Of a stretch of 64,000 bases of DNA, positions 35,293 to 48,858 are shown one piece after another. Origin of the DNA: Haliotis asinina. Its lineage: Eukaryota. Position numbers and translations under genes: made by a program. Every line of letters starts with the position of its first letter. Position 1 is the stretch's first letter. A model generated the notes under the pieces. It made no database searches, was not told the origin of the DNA, and was given only the letters and a program-made list of their open reading frames with translations. The stretch is from NCBI RefSeq assembly GCF_037392515.1, contig NC_090280.1, positions 54,365,037-54,429,036 on the forward strand. Direction: 5' to 3'.

Positions 35293-35610
35293 TGTATAGG
35301 GACTGTTCATAATTTATGTCAAAGTGGGGGTTGGGGGTGGGTGATGCTGATTCTGAAGGGGTGGGGGTCAGAGCCATCACCCAATTTGTTTTTGGGAGGG
35401 TGGGGGCTATTGTGTCATCAATTGACACTATGTGAGGCGGTCATTGATTTAATACATGACATCTAGGGGCAGTCACTTGCTTTGTACATGAAGTTTACAG
35501 GGATAGGGGGAAGGGTGGTGGTGATGGGGTGTCATTCACATTCTACATGCTTCTCCATAAAAGTCATCATCACCTCCCTGCCATAAATGAACAGTCCCTA
35601 AGGTAGGCAC
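35293..35610. repeat. G-tract-rich (G4-prone) core flanked by ~25-bp inverted repeats
   Basis: GGGG runs are present (gtggggg ttgggggtggg, ggggtgggggt, gggagggtgggggc, ataggggg aagggtggtggtgatgggg). The flanks aatgtatagggactgttcataatttatg (35296-35320) and ccataaatgaacagtccctaa (35583-35603) are reverse complements. Confidence 0.6.
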
Positions 35611-36984
35611 AACTTCCATACCTAGCACCTTATGATAATCAGATTGCTGCCAGTATTAGTTTTTGTCCGGACCTGTTTGGATATTTCTTTCTTAATTTAT
35701 TATGTTTGTGGCTTTGAATGTTAGATTTTTAGCATCACAAATCAGCAGACTTCAATAAGATTTTGAATGACTCCAATGAAATTTTTTGTAGGTTAGTTAA
35801 CTGGAGCATAGGTATTTTCACAGTCATCTTAATAATTATGAGCTGATGCAAATCTGGAATTGTATGCTGAGCGGAAACATACTTAGGCTGAAAAAGCATT
35901 GGATTTCTGTTAGTTTGTGATGATAATTTATAGTCGTGTGTTCTTATACATATATAGTAGACTACTGGCTAGCGACCAGTATTTGCCATTTTTTGGCAAT
36001 TTTTAAAGATTTGCTCCATTGGTTGTTAACGTAATGAAACAAAATTTTTCTTGATGATAGATTAGCTATTCACCGATGTTCTCTGCTTGTTTACAGTTGC
36101 CAATCATGTCTCTGGGAAACATGTCCAACAGGAAGAACGGTAGTGCAGATTGTGTTTCCCGGCAACTAACAAGACAGTTGTCTCCCTTTCTTAATTGTTC
36201 ATGTTATTCGCCAAATATGACATAAACTAGGTAAGAAAACTATGGTGTTTCAAACCTGGACATACTGAAGAAATTATGTAACCTGAATTAGTTTTTAAAA
36301 AAAAAAGAAATTTAAACTAACAGAACTCACTCTCATTGTGAATGGTGACGTGACATCCCTCTAATGTGTTTGGGTCTAATCTTTGCAGGGGATTCATATT
36401 TGTAGCATCTACATTGTACAATGCTTACAGTAATTTTAACTAGCAGTGTTTTTCTTTCTGTTTAATGGCTAAAATAAATCCCACCTAGTATAGGCATCAG
36501 ACAGCTTTCACAGCTTGTTTTCTGGGTCCATTAAAACAGATATTGACTGCGTACAAAGTGTATAATTGTAGTCCCCCAGAGTCATGTGGTTTCCTCTTGG
36601 AATATGAACTCTGATGCTGCTGGATTTCATGTAAATATTTACTGTTGGGTTTCATGCATAATAATCAGCTTAATATTCTTTCAGCTTTGAACTATTCACA
36701 TGGCATACGCATAGATAAAGATATAAGTATTTATAGCCAGCTTTGTATATTGAATAACCAGAAGCTGATATGATAGAGTTGCCCCAGAAACTTACATGTA
36801 ACCTGTTGTAGTTGTCGTCAAACCTTGTAACCGTGGCAACTCACTGCTGAAAATATTGTATTTACTGTGATGTTTTAAACAAACTGCTTCGTTGGAGTGA
36901 ACACTCCTCTTTGGAGATAATATATTCAGAAACTGATACACTGCTGGTCCTGTAGACAAATACCAGTTTGAGTGTTTACTCCAT

Positions 36985-37110
36985 GGGTTCATGTCATTGT
37001 GCCCTTACTACGCAGATCGATGCTCATGATGTCAATCACTAGATTGTCTGGACCATACTCAGTTATCTACAGGACTTTGTCATATTGCTGGCATTACAAG
37101 TGTAGGGCAA
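36985..37110 (+). mobile_element. SINE family B internal fragment
   Basis: ..catgtcattgtgcccttactacgcagatcgatgctcatgatgtcaatcactagattgtctggaccatactcagttatctacaggactttgtcatattgctggcattacaag. Confidence 0.55.
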
Positions 37111-38664
37111 AATGTGAATTTATGTTATCAAGGGTTTCAGGAAGATCCACCTTTCAAACATTATCAAATAGTTTAGTTCTGCAAATCCAGCTGACAGAAA
37201 AAGGTAAAATCTACGAAAGAATCTGCTAAAATTACTTTTTCCTGTTGGTTGGTGGCGCATCGTTTGACAGTTTGGTACTGTTCCATGAATGTTTTCCTGC
37301 AGAGGGGAAATACCAGTACTGCCAAATTATGGCCACATTTGCAGTAAACCAACTGATAACAAATAAAATTAGTATTATCATGTCTAATATTGACTTGTTG
37401 TTAGAGTCGGATCTGGACAGGTGTGAAACTGAAGAACGTGCCTAGCTCTAGGGCTGTTGTTGATTGTGTGTGACAGTAAAAGTAGGGTTTGCCTTTTTTT
37501 CATTTTTAAGTTGTAACTTTGGGTATTCTGTGACCATATTATCATATCATTTTTAGGGTGACTGTGCAATCTTTCTATGCATGAAATTGTTGTATTCCAT
37601 GAATGAATGTTAGCAACATATTTCATTGGGGAACATTTGTTTAGATACTTAATTGAAATGTTTTAACCATACACATATTTTTCTTTAAGTTTTTTTAAAA
37701 CATTATGTTGAAGTGGAAACAAAAAGTTAATATGATGCTAAATGCTGCGCAAAGGAGGTCAAAGTTTAGTTTGTCATGGCACTGCCTATGTGAGAAAACA
37801 CATTGATCCTTAACAGTTTTTGAGTATATATGTACATGATATTTCCTTATCGAGAAAACATGAGATAAATTATACTCATGAAACTAGGTACACTTGAATC
37901 CTTGGATACAGAGGCATTTGACCTTATGTTGACATCTTCCCAAACATGGTATAGGCGTGAAAATGGCAGACTGATGCAATCTATAAAATATGGGTCAAGT
38001 ATCTTTCCAATCATGGTGATCTTCATCAGTAACTTGTCCATAAAGTATGTAATCATGTAATTTATCACATCAACATTCCATGTCATGTAATCAATTTGTT
38101 GCTGTTTTCTGTAACCATGGCAACAATGCAAAAAGTTGGTTCTGACACCAATGGGTGTTCTCAAGTGATGTTAAAATACTGTCAGCATAGTGTTAAACCC
38201 AGATCACTTACGTTTTACGTTTTTGTCATTGTAATCTGTTTTTGTTATGCTTTTGAATGATAATGTTGATGAAACAAGCACACTGTACGCATAGGGATTC
38301 CAGTAGTGTGTAATTAACAGCTTATAGTTGGCTTGTATATGGGGCTGTCACACTGCAATTATATGTAGCTGTCACAGAATCAAGCTGCGTATGTTTTACA
38401 ACACATAGCAGTGCCTCTTGTTTCAAAGTTTTTCTGTCATCCCTGGGGATAATATAGAGTTTGATCACATTTTGATTTCCTTAACTTGTAATTCACTTAA
38501 AGGCACGAGTAAATTTATAAATCAATTTTAATAACTTAAAATCACTAAATGTTACTTTTCTTGTGAGAGGCATTTGGAAGTTGTAAAAATAAAGGAAAAC
38601 CAAGTATTTTGGTTTGTCAACTTCTTTATTGCAATGAGTGGGACATTTGGTGTTACATTTGGTG

Positions 38665-39625
38665 TTTGATAACAGTGTTAGTACCTGCACTGGAACATCA
38701 CTCATTTGATAACGGTGTTAGTACCTGCACTGAAACATCACTCACTTGATAATGGCGTCAGTACTTACACCGAAACATCATTTACTTGATAACGGTGTTA
38801 GTACCTACACCGAAACATCACTCACTTGATAGTGGCGTTAGTACTTACACCAAAACAGCATTTACTTGATAATGGTGTTAGTACCTACACAGAAACATCA
38901 TTTACTTGATAATGGCGTTAGTACTTACACCAAAACAGCATTTACTTGATAATGGTGTTAGTACCTACACAGAAACATCATTTACTTGATAATGGCGTTA
39001 GTACTTACACCAAAACAGCATTTACTTGATAATGGTGTTAGTACCTACACAGAAACATCATTTACTTGATAATGGCGTTAGTACTTACACCAAAACAGCA
39101 TTTACTTGATAATGGTGTTAGTACCTACACAGAAACATCATTTACTTGATAATGGCGTTAGTACTTACACCAAAACAGCATTTACTTGATAATGGTGTTA
39201 GTACCTACACAGAAACATCATTTACTTGATAATGGCGTTAGTACCTACACAGAAACATCATTTACTTGATAATGGTGTTAGTACCTACACAGAAACATCA
39301 TTTACTTGATAATGGCGTTAGTACTTACACCAAAACAGCATTTACTTGATAATGGTGTTAGTACCTACACAGAAACATCATTTACTTGATAATGGCGTTA
39401 GTACTTACACCAAAACAGCATTTACTTGATAATGGTGTTAGTACCTACACAGAAACATCATTTACTTGATAATGGCGTTAGTACTTACACCAAAACAGCA
39501 TTTACTTGATAATGGTGTTAGTACCTACACAGAAACATCATTTACTTGATAATGGCGTTAGTACTTACACCAAAACAGCATTTACTTGATAATGGTGTTA
39601 GTACCTACACTGAAACATCACACTC
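38665..39625. repeat. Minisatellite: 116-bp unit (two diverged 58-bp half-units), ~8 units, ~0.96 kb
   Basis: The unit catcatttacttgataatggcgttagtacttacaccaaaacagcatttacttgataatggtgttagtacctacacagaaa repeats with near-perfect identity. Confidence 0.9.
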
Positions 39626-39904
39626 AGAAGAATAAAGAAGTCTATCCATAGAACTTGGTTTTCCTAATAAATATTAGATTCAAAGACCGTGTACACAGTA
39701 TGTGGCAAAGCAGAGAATGGTAATGCATACTGTTTATCAGGTGTTGCCTAATGTTTTCCTCAGTTATAGAACATTTTCAGTAATGACGTGTTTCTACAAA
39801 TTCAGTGTGAAATATACTGCTTAAAAATGTTTAGAACCATCCAATTCTTTCATATTACATAGTTAATATGACATGGCACTAAGTTTCAACGATTGCGTTA
39901 TGAA

Positions 39905-40528
39905 AGGAAACAGTGCAGTCTAAGTAAACTTATCCTCAGTACTTTTTGTTACACTCCACTACTGAGTCTAACAAAACCTTATAGGAGGTCGCATCAGGTA
40001 ACCTTTGAGATTGACCAATCAGAACACAGCTTACCAAATCGCAAAAATGGACATTCGCACATATGTTTTGAACTTTTTATTTCGAAAAGGTTCGTACCCG
40101 AACGATTCCCAGTGCTATTTAGCGTACGCTCGATTCTGGGTGATGCACACGAAGTATGTACAACCATGACAACAGTGAGTAAACAGTCGCTGAAAATAGT
40201 GTTTGACAATATTCAAGTATGTTATCTACGGAAATATTAGCTAATGGTAACCATGTCAACAGAAACCCCAAAGCGTATATACTGCAGGTCAAATAACTGT
40301 GTTATATGCAGATTTTTGTTTGTGGAGAGATTTGTGTCAGTGAGCTGAATATTTTGAAAGTCCCTCCGATCCCTAAATAGTAGCCGTTGTCTGATTGGTT
40401 AAATCTATTTAACCGTCTAGCATTTGATCGGACAGTCATTGGTCGCTCAAAGATTACCTGATGCGACCTTCCACTTTTGTTTGACTCAGTGGTGGAGTGT
40501 AAGTTTACTTAGACTGGGAAACAGTGAT
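39905..40528. mobile_element. MITE-like non-autonomous element with ~110-bp terminal inverted repeats
   Basis: The left terminal inverted repeat (TIR) 39908-40030 is aaacagtgcagtctaagtaaactta..acactccactactgagtctaacaaaa..aggtcgcatcaggtaacctttgag... The right TIR 40425-40526 in reverse complement is ..cagtctaagtaaacttacactccaccactgagtcaaacaaaagtggaaggtcgcatcaggtaatctttgag... The ~400-bp core has no long ORF. Confidence 0.7.
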
Positions 40529-41289
40529 CCTTAACATTTTGTGCATAGTATAAGTACATGCATTTCTTTTGCCTTTGAGTATATGTTTCTGTCCATGACA
40601 TGTGTAGTTGTATTACTTTGGTGAGAAGTGTATGAAATCAGCTGTTGATTTAAAGCGGATCCCTGGTTTTGTGTAGCAGCACACTACACCTGTCAATGCT
40701 GTGGAGATGCTCCCCACGCAACTATATATAAAACACTTAACCAGTGTTGGTGAACAATTTTATAAATCAAAATATTTTTATTAGTGACTATATATATTTC
40801 CACCAATATTAGAAATTTTGTATCCCTTATACTGACTATTGTACTTTTACATATTAATTGACAATAATTATCAATAAATATTAATGTATCTTAACAGATT
40901 GTTGTGATTAATGAGAATGAATGAATCACTGTACTTAAGGTCCTGCTTAGATCCCTTGGCAAATATTTACCTTGAATTAGCAGTCTCCCACATGCATACA
41001 ATCAAAATTATTGAGCACACTAATAAACCTTGATGGTGCAGATACATTGAACATACTGAATTTGCTTTTTAATGTGTATATGTTGATGTATGACCATTTT
41101 AAAATCAACTGACATCCAGAATTTCAGACCTAGGATATTAATGGAAAAGAGATGTGAAAGTATGCACCTGTAAACTTCTAAACAGCATTGTGTAATCATG
41201 TAACAAGAGTCATCAGAAGATGACATATCCCCCGGCCCCCACATATTTGAAAGGACAAATCATCTGACAGTTACTTATTGTGTTTATAG

Positions 41290-42715
41290 ACCAAGACTGA
41301 ATTGTTTACATGGAAGTCTGTAATCAAAAATAGTTCACCATTTCAAGAACTGTCAACGTGTTCATGGAACAGAGAAAATAATGCATCATAAAAACCTGTA
41401 AATAGCAAAAGGCACCACTTTGAGGTCTGCCACACATAGCTAACAAGTTACACTGACAGATATTAAGACGTTTTTGAGTTCTGCTCTGGAAATGAAACAC
41501 ACCTCTCACTTTTGAGACTATATCTGAAACATGTCCATGGAAACCAAGAAAATAATAAATCACAAAAACCTGTAAATAGCAAAAGGCACCACTATAGGTT
41601 CAGATTGATGTATCTACAAAGTTTTGCAGAAAAACATTTTATGGTTTTTGAGTTCTGCTCCAGAAACAAAGCCCATCCCTCCATTTTGAGACTTTTGAGA
41701 CTGTCCGAAACGTTTCCGTGGAAACCAAGAAAATAATAAATAACAAAAACCTGTACATAGGAAAAGGCACCGCTTCAGCTTCTGACTGATATATCTACCA
41801 AGTTTTGCAGAAAAATATTGAACGGCTTTTGAGTTCTGCTCCAGAAACGAAACACACCTCTCACTTTTGAGACTGTGTCCGAAACGTTTCCATGGAAACC
41901 GAGAAAATAATCAATCACAAAAACCTGTATATAGCAAATGGCACCACTTTAGGTTCTGATTGATATATCTAGCACATTTTGCTGAAAAATATTGAACGGT
42001 TTTTGAGGTCTGCTCCGGAAACGAAGTCCATCCCTCCATTTTGAGACTAAGTCTGAATTTCCATAGAAACGGAGAAAATAATAAATCACAAAAACATGTA
42101 AATAGCAAAAGGCACCACTTTGGGGTCTGCCACACATATCTATTAAGTAACACTGACAGATATTAAGAAGTTTTTGAGTTCTGCTCTGTAAACAAAACAG
42201 ATCTCACTTTTGAGACTATGTCTGAAACATTTCCATGGAAACCTAGAAAATAATAAATCACAAAAACCTGTACATAGGAAAGGGCACCACTTCAGCTTCT
42301 GACTGATATATCTACCAAGTTTTGCAGAAAAATATTAAACGGCTTTTGGGTTCTGCTCCAGAAACGAAACACACCTCTCACTTCTGAGACTATGTCCAAA
42401 ACGTTTCCATGGAAACCGAGAAAATAATCAATCACAAAAACCTGTATATAGCAAAAGGCACCATTTTAGGTTCTGACTGATATATCTACCAAGTTTTGGG
42501 GAAAAATATATAACGGTTTTTGAGTTCTGCCCCGGAAACGAAGCCCACACCACCATACGACTAACACCAAAATGTTCCATGGAAAAACAAAAAAATTATA
42601 AATGCCAAAAATCTGTAAATAGCAAAAGGCACAACCATAGTCTGAGATTACTACTTCTATCACATTTGGTCTAAAAAGTATTGAACGGTTTCTGAGTTAT
42701 GCTCCGGAAACAAAA
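41290..42715. repeat. Satellite-like tandem array, ~175-180-bp unit x8 (~1.4 kb)
   Basis: The landmark cacaaaaacctgta(a/c/t)ata(g)caaaaggcacca recurs at 41382, 41561, 41741, 41921, 42093, 42259, 42432 and 42609, with the conserved block ..gttctgctccggaaacgaaacacacctctcacttttgagactatgtc(c/t)gaaacgtttccatggaaacc(g/a)agaaaataat(c/a)aatcacaaaaacctgta. Confidence 0.85.
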
Positions 42716-44054
42716 TGATTACGGACGGATGGACGAGGCGTCGACTATATCCCCCCGCACTAATATGGATTCCTCACAATCATGACCGAGACTAGTTAGG
42801 CAATCATATGTATAGGAGCACAGTTAGGCAATAACATGTAAAGTTGCACAGTTTAGGCAATTACATATAGGTGCACATAACTTCAAGTTTCATTGCTAAG
42901 CAATAACATGTATTGGTTTACAGTTAAGCGAATAACTGGTATAGTAAACAGCTGGCAACCTTTCCACAGCTATTCATCCTCATGTAATTTCTACATCTTG
43001 TGGACAATCATAACACACGATGACAATATGTAACACGAGTTTATTTCTTACCTGATTGTACACTCAGTATTTTGTTCAAAAACTTGAATTACATATTAAA
43101 TGTTATGTCAAACAAAGTTTCAATCTAAGAGTCATCGTGAACATGCTGAGACAAATATACATTACCTTCAAAATCATGCCTCCAAACTTTCACATCAGAA
43201 TTGAATACATAATTGAAAAAGACTTACACCCATCTTGTTCAATCAAATTATATTCAAAAGTCATAAATTAAAGGCTAGTTACAGATAAGCTAAATAAAGC
43301 ATACTGACCTTTTCTAACCATAAACCTTTAGGAACTGAGTGGCTCCAAACTGCACAGCAGTAATGTATAGTCATATGACAAGTTTGTTTATCTTACCTCG
43401 CACATAAATGTCATGTTCTGATTGGCTAGGTGTAATTCTATTATTTTCAATGTACACCACTTACAAGCAAGGTACATTTCAATGTACCCCATTGCCAATA
43501 GCAAATATTTGGTACTTCTGCCTCAAGGAACATGAACAAACATTGAGGGTACATCAAGCCATGCCCTCCTCGTGACCAGTGAATAACTTATTATGTATAA
43601 CACACATGGAAATCACAGCACAGCAGAAAACAACATGAACAAAATTACCTTGGTGATATGGATAACATCAAATGAAGATTTAATGAAGCAGCCATTTGAT
43701 TGTTTGGTGGGTGTCATGGAATTTTGGGTTGAGATCAGCATTCCTTTTTCATATTTGGAGCACAAAATGATTTTGCCTGACATAAACAGGTTCTCTATCA
43801 CTTTCTTCATAAACATACTTCATTTTATGTATAGATCAGTTGTAATTCCCAATTTGACTATTTTAATACATACCATGAGTTCAAATGAGGATCAGATAAA
43901 AAGCCATTTTGTTCAGTCTGGCACAATGCCTTCACCATTATCACACTTGAAAAGCCATCTTGAAAGTTTCCTGATCATAACAGTGTAAAACAGAGGAGTA
44001 TGTTTTATCAGTTAAGTAAGTACCCATGAAAATCAGGGTTAGAACTGATTGTTC

Positions 44055-44245
44055 GTTATCCATGCTTGTTGAAAGAGGCGACTAACAAGATAAGGTGGTC
44101 TGGCTTGCTGACTTGGTTGACACATGTCATCCTACCCTAACTGTATATATCGATGCTCATGCTGTTGATCACTGGATTGTCTGGTCCCAAATTTATTTAC
44201 AGGCTGCTGCCAAATAGCTGGAATACTGCTTTGTGCAGTTTGAAA
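44055..44245 (+). mobile_element. SINE family B copy (diverged)
   Basis: ..ttgttgaaagaggcgactaacaagataaggtggtctggcttgctgacttggttgacacatgtcatcctaccctaactgtatatatcgatgctcatgctgttgatcactggattgtctggtcccaaatttatttacaggctgctgccaaatagctggaatactgctttgtgc.. Confidence 0.65.
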
Positions 44246-46165
44246 GTAAACTCACAAACTGAAAACTGTCAATGTATATGGCCTGGCCTGCACTTGTGTC
44301 AGACTGGTTCGACACCTGATAATAAAAAATATGGAAAACAGTTCAGTATTATCCAAAGGATAATCACATTGTTTACCTGACCCAAAATATACTTTGATAA
44401 TTTTGAATAAGAAAATAAACTCAAGAATAGGAAAACATACCATTTTAAATTGCTACAGCAGGGAATTCTTTGAACTGACATGAAAATCCACACTCCAATT
44501 AGTAAGAAATATAGAAAATGTAAAAATGTCAGTCTAGTTTTCCAAGGTTACTTAAATTCCGTGAAAATTTCCAGATTGATAAGTATCATTGATCTCTAAC
44601 CTTCCGTAACTGTTTCAGTGTAACTTCTTCAAACAACCCTTGACTCTCTTGTATCTCCTAAGAAAGAGAGGTAATGCAAATATGTCTGCGTAATGACGAA
44701 TTAATGTAATATGCTCAACAATCATAATAAATACTTTGAAAAAGACAAAAAGATAAACAACAATTGTATGTTCTGTAGTTAGGCAAGGACACATATATAA
44801 CTGACTGACAAGACAAGCACTTCAGTGTAATTTAAATATGACAATGTTGAAGAATACATAATTAATGGACGTATTCATTCATACCAATCATACAATCTTG
44901 AGCAAACACACTTTCTTATTTACAAATTTATACATATATCTCCACAACAATCAAGCAGTATGGCCTAGAGGCTAGTGTCTGCGTAAAATCCAAACTCAAG
45001 CAGGCACATCCAAGCTAAACACTGCCATTACACAAACCCATATCACAGTGGATATCTTCAGAACACATATGGACCAATCTGCTCCTCAGTCAAGGATATG
45101 AGAAATATGGACCCCTTTCAATCTGAACTATGAATTCCTTCCTCACAGATGATTACTGTTTTTATTGAACAATAATTGTATATTTTCATAATATAATTAT
45201 AAAATAACAATAGATTCTGGCATCACTGAAAATTATTCCAAGAATACTTCCTCTTACACTAAACAACACAGCCATAAATGGTGTAATTTGGTTTTGTTTG
45301 TTTTTTGGTAGCAAAAATATGCTGTAATTTGGTAGTCATCACACTATACAGTCTTCAGATTTGCAGCAGACATACTCTTCATAGTCAAGTATCCATGATT
45401 ATTTGTACAAGTAATAGTACCTTGCTTCCCAAACCTTATGCTCATGTCATAAGAATGCTATACTTTCTAGATAACAATTCATCGTACACAAAATTTGCCA
45501 TTTGAACAAAATCATAGCTGCACCTGTAAGACATAACATCAATAGAAATAGAAATCCAAAACAAAACGTGATGTTGTGAAACATAATGGTGCACTGTAAG
45601 TGTAATCAGTCCCAGTGGACAAAATAGATGCATATATATTGCACACAGGACAGAAATGGGAAGAGAGTATAAAAATAAGACATCTTTAATAGCTTCATCA
45701 CTGACAAATTTGACAGAATCTCAAAATATATCCTGTGTCTGTCAAAATAATAACACTAGTGACATAACCAGTGCTGTCAATAATATCTACAAGTCCAACA
45801 TTTATAATATCACAGTCAAGGCTGACCTTGTTCACATCGTCAACACTTCACAGATTTACACAAGCCATTTTCCTTTGCATTGTAGGTGCTGTAGGTGCTT
45901 AAAACAGCAAATCAAGCCATAGCTTCTGATTTGCACTAACAAATATTCCCCTTGCAAAATGTTGCTGCAACCTTGTCGTGACCTGATTCATATATCAGTT
46001 CAACGTCAGTTCACAAAAACTCTTGATTAGGGATTCAGCTTCCATCAGTTTTACAAGGCTTCATTTCATTTCTAGACAGCTTCACCACAAGTGGACATAT
46101 GTATTCACGGGTAAATGAGGAACAAGCAGTTCAACAACCTGTGAAGTACTGACTGATGTCCACAA

Positions 46166-46360
46166 TTAAACTTGTACATCTGTCTGTGAGTTGCCTTCAA
46201 TGACGTTCGATTCGCTCTGTTCCTCAGTCTCAGGAACTTGTCCTGGCATGTCAGCTGCCATAAGCTGCCGCAAGACAAGACGCTTGTAAACACCATCTTT
46301 CTCCAGGAGTTCGTCATGAGTCCCTCGTTCAGCTATGTGCCCTTTGTCAATAACTACCAC
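46166..46360 (-). CDS. ABCB8: ABCB8-like mitochondrial ABC half-transporter, terminal exon (exon A) with stop
   Basis: The minus-strand acceptor is ctgttccag|GTGGTAGTT. It reads VVVIDKGHIAERGTHDELLEKDGVYKRLVLRQLMAADMPGQVPETEEQSESNVIEGNSQTDVQV then TAA at 46166-68, compared with human ABCB8 ..GTHEELLKKGGLYAELIRRQALDA. The frame is that of ORF 46166..46510. Confidence 0.8.
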   Translation of the reverse strand: MVVIDKGHIAERGTHDELLEKDGVYKRLVLRQLMAADMPGQVPETEEQSESNVIEGNSQTDVQV

Positions 46361-46714
46361 CTGGAACAGAGGAACATTCTCTTGGATGGCAGGAACAATA
46401 GCAAGAGTTGGATTAGGGTTGGTGCTACCTTGACTAGAAAGGTGGGGGTCTGAGGACCGTCTGATCTGGTGGACAGTGGTCATGACTCTTGAAGGTGAAA
46501 TAACAGACACAGTAAACTACTCTCTATGTACTGAAAGTGCGTCTCTCCAGACGTGACATATAAGGTTTTCTCTATCGTTTTATTTCAGTTGTGCATGTTG
46601 GGGGCAAATTTCTTTGTTGTATAAAACTCTGGTAGACATTTCCAAGATGCAAACATTCCATGCAAACATTCCATGCAAACATTCCATGCAAACATTTACT
46701 GAAGAATTATGCAC

Positions 46715-46837
46715 CTGTGTGGCATTCCTGACAGTTGAGAGTCTGTGAGCGATGACGATGACCGTTCTTCCCTTCATGGCGCGGTCTATGGCCTCCTGGA
46801 CCAGGTGTTCACTCTCAGCATCTAGGGCACTGGTGGC
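46715..46837 (-). CDS. ABCB8: ABCB8-like exon B (Walker B / D-loop / H-loop)
   Basis: The acceptor is tcttacag|GCCACC and the donor CAG|gtgcat. It reads [41 protein letters not shown] (41 codons) in the frame of ORF 46580..46855. Confidence 0.85.
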
Positions 46838-47033
46838 CTGTAAGATGATACGCATGTACAGAGATGAAACAAATATGACTTCATGATGAAATCACCTGCA
46901 TAGTGAGGAAGACTGAGATTTTAGCTTAACATTACTCTCATGCATTTTTCCAGCTAAAAGATGGTGGTCAGTAAATGACTGAACACAAGCATTGATCTTC
47001 GCCATTAGATTATGAAGCCAGTGCTGTTCTCAC

Positions 47034-47204
47034 CTCATCCAGCAGCAAGATAACCGGGTCCATGATGAGGGCTCTAGCGATGGCTATCCTCTGCTTTTGG
47101 CCCCCGGACAGTCTCACCCCCCTCTCCCCCACCTTAGTGGAGTAGCCATCCTCAAAAGACGTGATGAACTCGTGAGCGTTTGCTTGCTTGGCCGCATCTT
47201 CAAC
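47034..47204 (-). CDS. ABCB8: ABCB8-like exon C (ABC signature LSGGQ)
   Basis: The acceptor is ttgattccag|GTTGAA and the donor GATGAG|gtgaga. It reads [57 protein letters not shown] (57 codons), compared with human ABCB8 [41 protein letters not shown]. Confidence 0.85.
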
Positions 47205-47711
47205 CTGGAATCAACACAATGATTCTGAGACATCAAGGTAAAGATACCATACACACAGATGCCCATGTTTTAATCTAGAACTGTTTCAGCATGGTGTACT
47301 AGAGCTGCAATGAATTCACAATGTGAAGAATATGACACATATCATGAATACTGGCTAATGAGTACAAATCTTGGGAATCTATTATGAATATTGCATACAA
47401 ATACAATAACAAGTCCCCAGTTGATGTTTTATTCAAAATATTCATTGATACAACGATGAAATATGCATCTTGCAAGTTTTGATGACACTGAAAGTGTTCA
47501 TTTATCTTGGCGCTGCTGTATTCGAGGCATGAGTTGGTGATGGTGGTGATTTTGGAGAAGTAGTGGTTGCTGACTTTGTTCGTGTTGACGATGTGGATAT
47601 CGTATGTATTTGATAATGTATCAATGACTAAATTGCTGCCAGTGGACCGTCTCCCAATATGTTATTGTTGAGTATTATGCAGTGTTCAGGAGAAAGAGAA
47701 TGGATTGTCAT

Positions 47712-47880
47712 ATGCCTTGTTTAAAGTGAGTGAGTGAGTTTAGTTTTACGCCGCTTTTTAGCACCAATATCACGGTGGGGGACACCAGAAAATGGGCTTC
47801 ACACATTGTACCCATGTGGGGAATCAAACCTGGGTCTTCGGCGTGACATGCCAGCGCTTTAACCACTAGGCTACTCCACC
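47712..47880 (-). mobile_element. SINE family A copy in an ABCB8 intron, minus orientation
   Basis: The reverse complement gives gggtagcctagtggttaaagcgctggcatgtcacgccgaagacccaggtttgattccccacatgggtacaatgtgtgaagcccattttctggtgtcccccaccgtgatattggtgctaaaaagcggcgtaaaactaaactcactcactcac. ORF 47708..47923 is SINE-encoded. Confidence 0.85.
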
Positions 47881-47954
47881 ATTCCACTTTGTTTAAAGGA
47901 ATGAAGCCTTGGGGAAGGAACACCTAACAATGATTACTGCAATACTGAACTTAC

Positions 47955-48088
47955 CTCTGTGTCTGTAGCAACTTTACCGTAGGCGATGTTTTCTCTGATG
48001 GTGGAGGCAAACAGTGTGGGCTCTTGACTCACCATAGCCATCTTGTGGCGGCACCAGGCCGGGTCAAGCGTCTTCAGGTCATGCCCTC
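47955..48088 (-). CDS. ABCB8: ABCB8-like exon D (Q-loop region)
   Basis: The acceptor is ctgattccag|GAGGGC (phase 1) and the donor ACAGAG|gtaagt. It reads (G)[44 protein letters not shown], compared with human [40 protein letters not shown]. Confidence 0.85.
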
Positions 48089-48858
48089 CTGGAATCAGGT
48101 AATTACATTGATAAAATACAGGTGATGCAACATCTATATCTGGGATAAAACTCTCTCAGTAGTCTACATATTTTAGTACTATTTGTAGTGCGGACTTCCA
48201 GAGCTCTTACAGTCAGGAACCTAATCACTAACACACAAAGTCACTCCGCCAGTGCCATGGCTGCAACAGCTGATGTTTGATTTCTGGTCTGTGGTATTCT
48301 TAGAAACAAACAAGATGCAAAGGTACAATTGTTGATTGATATGTATCATGCCTCACAAGGAAGGACTTATTTAAAGGTGAAATGATTTGTTGCAGACGTA
48401 ACATTACGTTTTTGAGTTATATCCACAAAATTCATTCAGTTGATCAACTTGTTTACCAAACAAATCAGTAAAATATACAGGCATTGTGAGGTTCTTGAAG
48501 TGGACAAATTTGAGGATTGTGTAGTGAGCAAGATCTTGCAGAAAAAAGACTAAAGACCAAAAGCCATTCATTACGATAGGAGTACAACACTATGCCTCTT
48601 ATTTTGCCACCAGAATGAAACTGGCAACAGTGTTTCTGTATGTCTGAAACAGTGTGCCTTCAACTCCTTCCTGGATGGTTTGTGTTGTCAACAACATCAG
48701 AAACCATCCACAGTATCCATGATACAGAGATGACCGTGAGTCAAAGAGCATAATATTGTGAGTTCAGTTGGTATTCTTCACTGCTGCTTTCATTGAGGTG
48801 TAGGATCCATACTCCTTGATCTGAACTATATAACTGTGCTGGAGGCTTCTAGACTCAC

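Noticed and set aside
38665-42715. Regular direct repeats that could superficially resemble a CRISPR array
   Set aside because: The context is eukaryotic with spliced genes. The units are 116 bp and ~178 bp with no unique spacers, so they are minisatellite or satellite DNA.
43593-43988. 131-aa ORF on the plus strand
   Set aside because: It is AT-rich and low-complexity, with no recognisable domain, no splice context, and an opposite-strand ORF overlapping it. It is most likely noise.
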